A stretch of DNA of 63,185 nucleotides, filler included, from Dugesia japonica (taxonomy: Eukaryota), in NCBI GenBank assembly GCA_001938525.1. It is 3 parts of 3 records of this genome, joined end to end, with 100 filler letters (N's around TTAATTAATTAA, not from the genome) between each part and the next. Parts side by side here need not be neighbours in the genome. Positions count along the whole stretch, not along the records: positions 1 to 28,059 come from MQRL01613513.1; positions 28,160 to 46,074 come from MQRL01635298.1; 1 more part is not named here. One strand, written 5' to 3'. The position numbers and the translations under genes are program-made. Positions 27,067 to 36,563 of this stretch are shown here, one piece after another. Each line of letters opens with the position of its first letter. The first letter of the stretch is position 1. Under the pieces are notes generated by a model, which was not told where the DNA came from, made no database searches, and was given only the letters and a program-made list of their open reading frames with translations.

Positions 27067-27235
27067 TTTTTTCACAGATCAATGATTAAAAATTTTAAAA
27101 AAGTGAATAATTACACAAAGTGTAATTTTCACAATAAACGAAATAATTTTAAAACTCTTATGAAAAATAATTAATTAAAAAATAATCAAATAATTAATTT
27201 GTTTTAATATTCTAATTATAATTTTTTGAAATTCG

Positions 27236-27628
27236 ATGAAATTAAAAGAAGTTAAATCACAAAAACCTTTGGAGAGGAAAACTCAAGAAAAAGGAAAATT
27301 AAATTCAAAGCCGATTCAATTTTCTGAAAAGTGTTTCCATCTATCGAAAACCAATGATGAAGAATACTACAATAAATTTGCATCGCACTTTGTCGATGTT
27401 CTGCCTTTAATAGATCAAAATAAAAATGGCACTGAAAATACTACAAAAAATGAGAGTGATACGAAGAAACAAGACATTCATTTAAATTCAGATAATCCAA
27501 AGTCTTGTATTAAAAATCCTGTTGATAAGAAGTCTGAAATTTTGCTAAAGGAATTAACTAAAGATATGGTCAAACAACTTCACATGTCAAATCCCATGTC
27601 AGAAATGGCACAAATGATGTACAGTTAA
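27236..27628 (+). CDS. Hypothetical 130-aa host ORF or exon
   Basis: Open frame in very AT-rich surroundings; no recognisable domain. Confidence 0.3.
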   Translation: MKLKEVKSQKPLERKTQEKGKLNSKPIQFSEKCFHLSKTNDEEYYNKFASHFVDVLPLIDQNKNGTENTTKNESDTKKQDIHLNSDNPKSCIKNPVDKKSEILLKELTKDMVKQLHMSNPMSEMAQMMYS

Positions 27629-28059
27629 TTTTGTTTTTCTAGCTTATTTGTTATAATTTGGTGAAGTCTGTATATTTTAATAAAAAACTATTGTGTAAAC
27701 TTGCGAAAATAGTAAATAATTCGTGAATGAAGTTAATGTATACATGGTTGTAATTAGTGTAATAAAATTGTTGTTTGATTTAATGAAGTTTGTATTAAAT
27801 TGGTTAATTTATATTAATTGATCATTTTTAAGCTGAAGTATTTTTTAATGTGAAAAAACCATTTATGAAATTGTAGTATAATTGTATGGATGTATGTGTG
27901 TGTGTGTGTTAAATCATCCTTTTTGTAAATCATCATTTCTTAAATAATTTTAATGAATTTTACACTGATTATTAATGGCCGATGTGTTTTGTCAATATTA
28001 AATTAATTTAAAATTGAAAAACCTTCAAGTGTATTTTTTTAAATAATAAATTTATACTA

Positions 28060-28159
28060 NNNNNNNNNNNNNNNNNNNNNNNNNNNNNNNNNNNNNNNNN
28101 NNNTTAATTAATTAANNNNNNNNNNNNNNNNNNNNNNNNNNNNNNNNNNNNNNNNNNNN
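28060..28159. other. Artificial contig spacer
   Basis: 44 N + TTAATTAATTAA (stops in all six frames) + 44 N = 100 bp. Confidence 0.95.
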
Positions 28160-28194
28160 ATATAAAACAACCCTTAATGTCCCAGGGGTACAAG

Positions 28195-28510
28195 GGTTAA
28201 AATGCGAAATGCGAAATTTCATATTCTAAATGCGAAATTCTAAATGAAAATGAAATATCACATAAAATATAGCATAAAATATAGCATTAAATTATTAACA
28301 TTTTAAAAAATGAGATAATGAAATTATTAGTTAAAAATAATATCACATAAAATATAGCAGTGAATATAGCATAAATTTAGTAAAATAATTCTACTCTAAA
28401 AATATCACATAAAATATAGCAGTAAATATAGCAGTAAATTGTCACCATAAAATAATATAGCATAAAATATAACATTAAATATAGCATAATATCGCATAAT
28501 ATCGCATTTC
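28195..28510. repeat. Left subterminal minisatellite (AAATGCG; AAATATAGCA units)
   Basis: Directly visible upstream of the first ORF. Confidence 0.8.
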
Positions 28511-28529
28511 TAAATTTTTCCTCTATAAA

Positions 28530-29606
28530 ATGAATGATTCTAAAAATTTTTTAATAAATAAATACATAAGCTATAAAAAAGATAACCCACATTTAACTGA
28601 AAAAGAAATATGTCAAGAAATTAATACAACAGTTACAATGTTACATAAAGCATTAAGAGCTAACTTTTATAATATTCCAAGAAAAATATATCCTTTATTA
28701 CATTATAGTTATAACGAAGAAGATAAAACATTTGTAAAAGATAAAAATGGAATTTATTTTTTTAATGTTAAAATTAAAGAGTTTGAATTATTATCTAAAA
28801 GAAAAAAACCAGATTTAACTGATAAAAGAACCATGGCACATAAAATTAGTATAAGAAAAAAAACAAGAATATTAAATCCAACAAGTGCTGGGGGAACAAT
28901 TAAAATTGATAAGTTAAATGATAATNNNNNNNNNNNNNNNNNNNNNNNNNNNNNNNNNNNNNNNNNNNNNNNNNNNNNNNNNNNNNNNNNNNNNNNNNNN
29001 NNAAATGATAATAAGCCAAATGAAAATAAACAAAATGATAATAAACAAAATGATAAACAAAATGATAATAAGCCAAATGAAAATAAGCAAAATGATAATA
29101 AGCAAAATGATAATAAACAAAATGATAATAAACAAAATGATAATAAACAAAATGATAATAAACAAAATGATAAACAAAATGATAATAAACAAAATGATAA
29201 TAAGCNAAATGATAAACAAAATGATAATAAGCCAAATGATAATAAGTCAAATGATAATAAGCAAAATGATAAACAAAATGATAATAAGTTAAATGATAAT
29301 AAACAAAATGATAATAAGTCAAATGATAAACAAAATGATAAACAAAATGATAAGCCAAATGATAAACAAAATGATAATAAACAAAATGATAATAAGCCAA
29401 ATGATAAACAAAATGATAAGTCAAATGATAATAAGTTAAATGATAATAAGCCAAATGATAATAAGCCAAATAATAAACAAAATAATAAGCTAAATGTTAA
29501 TAAGTCAAATGTTAATAAGTCAAATGATAATAAACAAAATGTTAAAAATGAAATAGATAAGATATTTGAAGATATCATTAATTATAATAAGAAATATCGA
29601 AGATGA
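28530..29606 (+). CDS. Polinton hypothetical protein: HTH-like N-terminus plus long (NDNKQ)n repeat
   Basis: LTEKEICQEINTTVTMLHKAL is HTH-like; a mixed 12/15-bp repeat stays in frame; TATAAAATG start. Confidence 0.7.
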   Translation: MNDSKNFLINKYISYKKDNPHLTEKEICQEINTTVTMLHKALRANFYNIPRKIYPLLHYSYNEEDKTFVKDKNGIYFFNVKIKEFELLSKRKKPDLTDKRTMAHKISIRKKTRILNPTSAGGTIKIDKLNDNXXXXXXXXXXXXXXXXXXXXXXXXXXNDNKPNENKQNDNKQNDKQNDNKPNENKQNDNKQNDNKQNDNKQNDNKQNDNKQNDKQNDNKQNDNKXNDKQNDNKPNDNKSNDNKQNDKQNDNKLNDNKQNDNKSNDKQNDKQNDKPNDKQNDNKQNDNKPNDKQNDKSNDNKLNDNKPNDNKPNNKQNNKLNVNKSNVNKSNDNKQNVKNEIDKIFEDIINYNKKYRR

Positions 29607-29634
29607 AATAAATCTTAAAATTTTTCTTTATAAA

Positions 29635-30974
29635 ATGCTAGATTTAGATTATAATATTGAATTTCAACATACAGCAATTAAAAATGATATGCTTAAAATT
29701 TCACCTTCATCAGGTTCAATTTCAAATTTAAATGCATCCGGTGACATTGTATTCCAGTCTCTCCAATCAACAAATCCATTAGACATTTGCAATGCGCTAT
29801 TATACTTTAGAATTGAAATAACAGCTTCAGATAAAGATAAAATAACTCTCGAAAATAACTTCTTTCCAAGTTTATTTAAATTAATGAGATTAACACTCGG
29901 ATCCACACATATTGAAACAATCAACGATCCAGGAACAATCTCAACGATGTTAAATTTCATATCTACAACTGATACTTATAAAAAGGAACATGGTCAATTA
30001 TCAGGTTGGATGCCAGATATAAATAAAGGCAACACAGAAACTAAATCATGGGAAAGTAATCTTGGTTATTATAACAGAAAAAAATTATATTCAACAAATA
30101 AATTTGAAGGTTACTTTCAATTAAGAAATTTATTTGGCTTCTTACAGAATTACAATCGGTTATTATACAATACAATGATTGAATTTACATGTACTCGTCA
30201 AATACAAGATAAAATAATATTTTATGGTGAAGAAAAAACAACTGCAACATTAAAACTTTTAACCTTTGAACTTCACATTCCAGAAGTTAGATTANNNNNN
30301 NNNNNNNNNNNNNNNNNNNNNNNNNNNNNNNNNNNNNNNNNNNNNNNNNNNNNNNNNNNNNNNNNNNNNNNNNNNNNAAATCAAATCTTGATTCTGGTGG
30401 ATATTATTCAATTAAAATTAGCTCTTTAGCATATCAACCTAGATATATTTTAATTTGCATAAAAGATCCTGAAAATTCATATCAAAAGAATAATAATTTA
30501 TTCATACAAAGCACACATACAACAGAAAAAGAAAAATATACAGTTAAAGAAGGAACACCTCCAGCTGATGTAGAAAAAGAAAGAGATAAAAAAACATATT
30601 CATCTATAAAAGGTATCCAGTTACAATTAAATAATACTTATTATCCTATTAACGAATTAAGATTAAACATGGAAAATAATGAAATGGCATATCCATATTA
30701 CCAATATATTAAATGTTGTAATGAATTTCTAACAGAACCACAATTATCATTAATGGATTTCACTAATTTATATCCAATGTTCTGTTTCGATGTCAGTGCA
30801 CATGATGACAAAATGAATATTAATAATGTTGATGTCACATTGCATATTACAAAAGATCCTGATTTTCGCGGAATTCTTTACTGGTGCATTCTAGAAGAAA
30901 AGCATGTTGAAATGAAACTTGCTAGTAATAAAATTGTTTTAGTTGAAAATGTTAGAGGAGTTGATATAAAATAA
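29635..30974 (+). CDS. Polinton major capsid protein (double jelly-roll); spans an N gap
   Basis: NNFFPSLF, LRNLFGFL, ELHIPEV; after the gap PRYILIC, LQLNNTYYP, LYPMFCFDVS; ATG at 29635 in TATAAAATG. The frame change falls within the gap. Confidence 0.85.
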
Positions 30975-31250
30975 AAATTGTTTTAGTTGAAAATTGTTAG
31001 ATGTTGATATGAAACATGTTAAAACTTGATATGAAACATGAAACTTGATATAACATGAAATTGTTAGATGTTGATATGAAACATGTTAAAACTTGATATC
31101 AAATTGTTTTAGTTGAAAATTGTTAGATGTTGATATGAAACATGTTAAAACTTGATATGAAACATGTTAAAACTTGATATAAAATTGTTAAAACTTGATA
31201 TGAAACATGTAACTTGTTTTAATTGAAATTGTTAGATGATGATATAAAAT
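30975..31250. repeat. Intergenic minisatellite TTGATATGAAACATGTTAAAAC
   Basis: Multiple tandem and variant copies between MCP and integrase. Confidence 0.85.
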
Positions 31251-31261
31251 AAATATATAAA

Positions 31262-33159
31262 ATGTCCAATCCTAAGTTTATATGTGATTATTGTGGCAAA
31301 GTATTATTAAAAAAGAATAAGTCTCGACATTTAGATTTATGTGTTAACAAAGAACATAAAGCTGTTGGCGGAGATCTACAAAATTCAAGTTTTATATCTT
31401 CACTATTAAAACCAATTACAACAGAAAAATATCCAGGTGAACGCCATCTTTTCAAACATAATTACACTGGACCTGGAACACGCTTAGATATCCGATTAGA
31501 TTCCGAGAATAATCCGAATCCAGGAGAAGAACCTATTAATCAAGTTGATGAAGCCGCTTTGAAACATGACATTGCATATTCCAGTGAAAATATTGAAGAT
31601 AGACATATTGCTGATGTCCATTTAATACATGATCTTAATAATATTGAAAATCCAACTCTTCAAGAAAAATTTCAAAGAGCTCTTGTAAAATTGGCTATGA
31701 AAGGTAAGATCGTTCTAGGACAAGGAACGAGCAAAGTGAGCCACAAAGGACAAAATAAAGGGAGAAAAGATCCATTTAAAAAAACAACAATTTTAAAAGA
31801 TGAATCTGATAACGAAGCAGAGCGTAGCGAGGTCTTAGCCAATGAACTTCACCATGAATATAAAAAAACTAAACATTTTAGAAAAGTTATTGTTTATTAT
31901 AAAGATGAAATTTGGTCAGCCGATCTCGTATTTCAAGGCACAGAACGTAAAAATAAAAATGTGATATTAACAGTAATAGATCTCTATACCCGATTCGCGT
32001 TTATTGAATTAACAAATCAAAAATCTGGACCTAAAATAACAGAAGCATTTAAAAGAATTCTAGAAAAAAATAATAGAACACCTGAGAAACTCTGGGTTGA
32101 TGAAGGTAAAGAATTTTACAATCAACATTTTAAATCTTTCTGTAAAAAGAATAATATTGAAATGTATTCTACTCAAAATCAAGGTAAAGCAGTTGTAATC
32201 GAAAGATTCAATCGAACATTTAAAAATAGACTTTTTAAACATTTTACTTCCAGTGGATCTCAAGTTATCACACAACCACTACTAGATAAAATTGTATATG
32301 AATACAATAATCATATACATTCTAGCATTAATATAACACCTCAAGAAGCAACAATAAATCCTGAAAATATAGAAATCAAAATTCCAGAAATCTATAATGA
32401 AAAACCTAAATTTAGAATTGGTGAAAAAATAAGAATAACTAAATTCAGAAAAACATTTCCTAAAGGTTATACTTTTAAATGGTCNNNNNNNNNNNNNNNN
32501 NNNNNNNNNNNNNNNNNNNNNNNNNNNNNNNNNNNNNNNNNNNNNNNNNNNNNNNNNNNNNNNNNNNNNNNNNNNNNNNNNNNNNNNNNNNNNNNNNNNN
32601 NNNNNNNNNNNNNNNNNNNNNNNNNNNNNNNNNNNNNNNNNNNNNNNNNNNNNNNNNNNNNNNNNNNNNNNNNNNNNNNNNNNNNNNNNNNNNNNNNNNN
32701 NNNNNNNNNNNNNNNNNNNNNNNNNNNNNNNNNTTTAATGTTTAATGTTAAATGTTATTTTTAATAAATAGAAATGTCAGAAAAAGCAGTGTACATATGG
32801 AATAATAATATTACAAAATTTAATAATAAAATACTTCCAAATAATTTTAGATTATTAATAATTGGATCTTCAGGTTCAGGTAAAAATGTTTTATTAATGA
32901 AGATCCTACTGACACCAGGATTCTTAGATTATGACAATTTAATAATCTATTCTACAACAATTAATCAATTTGAAATTCAATTGNNNNNNNNNNNNNNNNN
33001 NNNNNNNNNNNNNNNNNNNNNNNNNNNNNNNNNAAGAAAATTTATATTATAACAAAAATCTATCACGAGCAACCTATAACATATCAAATCTCGAATCTTA
33101 ACGGCAACAAAATACTTGGAAGATTCTATACAAATGAACTTCAAAAGACATCATTATAA
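31262..33159 (+). CDS. Zn-finger / parvovirus-type PLA2 / rve integrase fusion (C-terminus at 33034-33159 displaced by gaps)
   Basis: CDYC-x11-H-x3-C; YTGPGT...DEAALKHDIAY...RHIAD; WSADL, VIDLYTRF, WVDEGKEF, IERFNRT, KFRIGEKIRI, FPKGY..W; tail KIYII...PITYQI..LNG..ILGRFYTNELQK*. Confidence 0.9.
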
Positions 33160-33321
33160 GGTTAAATGTTGGAATGTTAGAATGTTAGAATTATAAATGT
33201 TAGAATGTTAGAATGTTANNNNNNNNNNNNNNNNNNNNNNNNNNNNNNNNNNNNNNNNNNNNNNNNNNNNNNNNNNNNNNNTTTAATGTTTAATGTTAAA
33301 TGTTATTTTTAATAAATAGAA

Positions 33322-34365
33322 ATGTCAGAAAAAGCAGTGTACATATGGAATAATAATATTACAAAATTTAATAATAAAATACTTCCAAATAATTTTAGAT
33401 TATTAATAATTGGATCTTCAGGTTCAGGTAAAAATGTTTTATTAATGAAGATCCTACTGACACCAGGATTCTTAGATTATGACAATTTAATAATCTATTC
33501 TACAACAATTAATCAATTTGAAATTCAATTGTTATATCTCGGATTTGAATCTGGATTATCAAAAGAAGATATTAGTTTAATATTTGAACGCCAACATATA
33601 ATACCTAAGAATCTAGATACTCCAAATGAAGTTATTAAATATTTCATTGAAAAGAAACTTGTCACAAAAAAATCTAAAAGTATTAATATTACATTATCAA
33701 ATCGACCTGATGAAATTGTTTCATGTGACAAGTTATCAAGAGACAAGAAAAATCTTATAATTTTCGATGATGTTGTCAACGAGAAAAATCAACAAATCCA
33801 GAAATCTTATTTCACTCGTGGTCGTCATTCAAATTGCAATGTTATTTATATCTCACAAACTTATTATGATCTCGATAAAAATTCAATACGTAATAATTCA
33901 AATTGTTATATTTTCTNNNNNNNNNNNNNNNNNNNNNNNNNNNNNNNNNNNNNNNNNNNNNNNNNNGATGTAACATTATCTTCTAAACCTAATGAAATTA
34001 TTCCTTGTGATAAACTTTCAAAAGATAAAAAGAATCTAATTATATTCGATGATGTTGTCAATGAAAAGAATCAAGAAATACAGAAATCATATTTCACTCG
34101 TGGTCGACATTCAAATTGCAATGTTATTTATATCTCCCAAACATATTATGATCTAGATAAAAATTCTATACGTAATAATTCAAATTGTTATATTTTCTTC
34201 AAATTAAATAAAACTGATAAAAATAATGTTTATCATGAATTATTTTCAAATATCTTTAATAACAAATTAGATTATTATTATGAAACAAATCTACACTGGA
34301 AAACTAAATATAATTATTTCATCTTAACAAGGAAACTGATGAACTCTTAGATGATTTATTTTAAC
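33322..34365 (+). CDS. FtsK/A32-like DNA packaging ATPase (partly duplicated across gaps)
   Basis: IIGSSGSGKN (Walker A variant), LIIFDDV (Walker B), RGRH arginine finger, ISQTY; identical 5' copy at 32774-32983. Confidence 0.92.
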
Positions 34366-34519
34366 ATTAAATAATGATATATTTCAGATCCTTTTCTAAA
34401 TGGTATAAACTCATTTTGATTTGTTCTATTCCCATGCTAAAAGTCCGTAGGCTTTCCATTATATTCTACAAGTTGATGTGAAATTAATATCTTCCATTTT
34501 AATTGCGCTTGTGGCTTTT

Positions 34520-35653
34520 TTAATCATGCATATCTAATTCATGTCTAGATTCCTCTTCTATTGCTAAATTTATCTTCTTAGAAAAAAATATTCTAATTCT
34601 TTTTATTTCTTTTTCTATTGTTCGAAATGCCCAATTTGATTTTAATATTTCTGGATACTTCTCAGCGAAATTATAAAATTTTATCATTTTGTTTATATAA
34701 TTAATATTATAATGAATACCAATTTCACGTAAATGATTTACTTTTTCACTATTACTTTTAAAATAATTTTTTAACTGTTTAAGGTAAAATCCTAAATTAT
34801 AAATACTTATTAAAGTAATTTTTTTCCCAATATTATAATTATTATTCCAAATTAAAATATTTTCATTTAAATTTTCTAGATTAGCATTTTCAGTTCTCAA
34901 TGGTAATATTACACATATTGATTTTAATTCTGTTTCATTATTTACAAGTGATTTATAAAAATCACGAAAGAACTTAATATTATCTTCTATCATTCCTCTT
35001 TCAAGCATTTCAGGAATTTTTTTGTATTTTTCTATTATATCATCTGTATTCGTTATTTCAGATATTTCATCTAAAGTTTTATCACTTACATATCCACATT
35101 CTACATCTAAAGTTTTATCACTTTCATATCCACATTCAACATGTCCACATTCTACCTTTTGGTCTTTTGTTACTCTTACAACATGTATAATATCACCCCT
35201 ACAGTTTTTAAAATTTATAGTGTCAACATCACCCCTTCCTTGATATATCATCATGTCATCATATTCTATTTTATTATTATTTTTTAAAAATAAATCAAAT
35301 TTTTCTCTACAAATTCTGCATTGTATAATCATTTCCTTTTTATCAGTAAATAAAATAATATCATGTAAACATTTTTTTACATTTTTAAAATAATGTTTTA
35401 TATAAGCTAAATACACACTATATCTATTTTCTCTATGTAGTATAATAATGGACTTATTATATTTTTCAGCTTTCTTCTTATACGCTATTTCTGAATTTTT
35501 AATATCAATCAGTGTTAATAATATTTCTTTATTTGATTTGTAAAGAATCACTCGACCTTTATTTGTTTTAATATGTAAAAATTCTCCATTTCTATTTTTT
35601 ACTACACAATTTCCATATAATTTTTTAATTTTTTTTAATAACTTTTCCGACAT
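34520..35653 (-). CDS. Intact 377-aa accessory ORF of unknown function
   Basis: Uninterrupted; CxxC (CRIC), short VECGY repeats, helical C-terminus. Confidence 0.75.
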   Translation of the reverse strand: MSEKLLKKIKKLYGNCVVKNRNGEFLHIKTNKGRVILYKSNKEILLTLIDIKNSEIAYKKKAEKYNKSIIILHRENRYSVYLAYIKHYFKNVKKCLHDIILFTDKKEMIIQCRICREKFDLFLKNNNKIEYDDMMIYQGRGDVDTINFKNCRGDIIHVVRVTKDQKVECGHVECGYESDKTLDVECGYVSDKTLDEISEITNTDDIIEKYKKIPEMLERGMIEDNIKFFRDFYKSLVNNETELKSICVILPLRTENANLENLNENILIWNNNYNIGKKITLISIYNLGFYLKQLKNYFKSNSEKVNHLREIGIHYNINYINKMIKFYNFAEKYPEILKSNWAFRTIEKEIKRIRIFFSKKINLAIEEESRHELDMHD

Positions 35654-35775
35654 TTTCTTCCTTTATGGTTTTTCTTCCTTTATGGTTTTTCTTCCTTTAT
35701 GGTTTTTCTTCCTTTATGGTTTTTCTTCCTTTATGGTTTTTCTTCCTTTATGGTTTTTCTTCCTTTATGGTTTTT
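35653..35775 (-). repeat. 17-bp tandem repeat x7 (ACCATAAAGGAAGAAAA) abutting the ATG
   Basis: Plus strand TTTTCTTCCTTTATGGT repeated; variant also at ~38968-39010. Confidence 0.9.
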
Positions 35776-35958
35776 CGTGCTTGTGGCTTTTTTCTTAAGA
35801 AATAATTTAATCATACATATCTGTTCTCATGCGAACAATTTCTGGATATTTAAATCCTAAGTTTCAAGTTTTAAAATGTTAAATCCGACATGTTAAATTG
35901 TTAAATCCCAAGTTTTGATTTTAGTAGTTCATTAATTGTGCACTTTGTTCGGCTTCGC

Positions 35959-36563
35959 TTATATTCCTAGCTTAGCGCGCATTTCAGAAATAACTTTATT
36001 TTGATTTTCAAGTAACAGTTTTAAGTTGTTAGTGTCGGTCGCTCCGCTTGCTTTCTTATGTCCTGAGATCAACTCATGTACATCTGTAACCATCTTTTTA
36101 CTAATATTTAACTCTTCATCTGTTAAAATTTCATCATTAACTGCTTTCTGTTGAAATAAAAATAATTTATTTTTAACACATTCAAGTTTAGTTATTAATT
36201 TTGAATATCTTTCTTTTCGAGATTGAACAAATGAAGTGTTCATTGTTCCTATTACAGGTAACACTGAAATTGCTCCTGTTATAACTGGAATACCAACTGC
36301 TGTTATTGTAAGACCAACTGGAGTTATAAATATAATACCAGCTATTCCAATAATATCTGTGTATATTTAATTCCAGAATCAATTTTATTCCATTTCTTTT
36401 CTAATTTCTTATAATGTTTAATTTTATCTTTAATATAATACAAATCATTTTCAAAATCTTTAATTCTAGATAAAGCAAGTTTATTTTTTAAATCTTGAAT
36501 CTCATTTCCAGAATAATCATCATAACCTTTTGATAGAGTAGGATAAATATTATCAGGTTCCAT
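35959..36563 (-). pseudogene. Polinton membrane protein with two hydrophobic helices, split by one frameshift near 36355
   Basis: NIYPTL...RIKDFENDL...KKW, then IIGIAGIIFITPVGLTITAVGIPVITGAISVL, then KNKLF...NDEILTDEEL; homologue at 62490-63173. Confidence 0.7.

Noticed and set aside
28060-28159. TTAATTAATTAA on both sides of the Polinton as a TSD or att site
   Set aside because: Identical 44N+12+44N construction at 46075-46174 shows an artificial six-frame-stop spacer; linkage between the three contigs is not biological evidence.
28754-29578. Antisense and alternative-frame ORFs (LLSFC, YYHF, MIINK repeats)
   Set aside because: By-products of the stop-free minisatellite.
32774-33052. Second ATPase gene
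   Set aside because: Identical to 33322-33531 including upstream sequence, and bounded by gaps; assembly duplicate.
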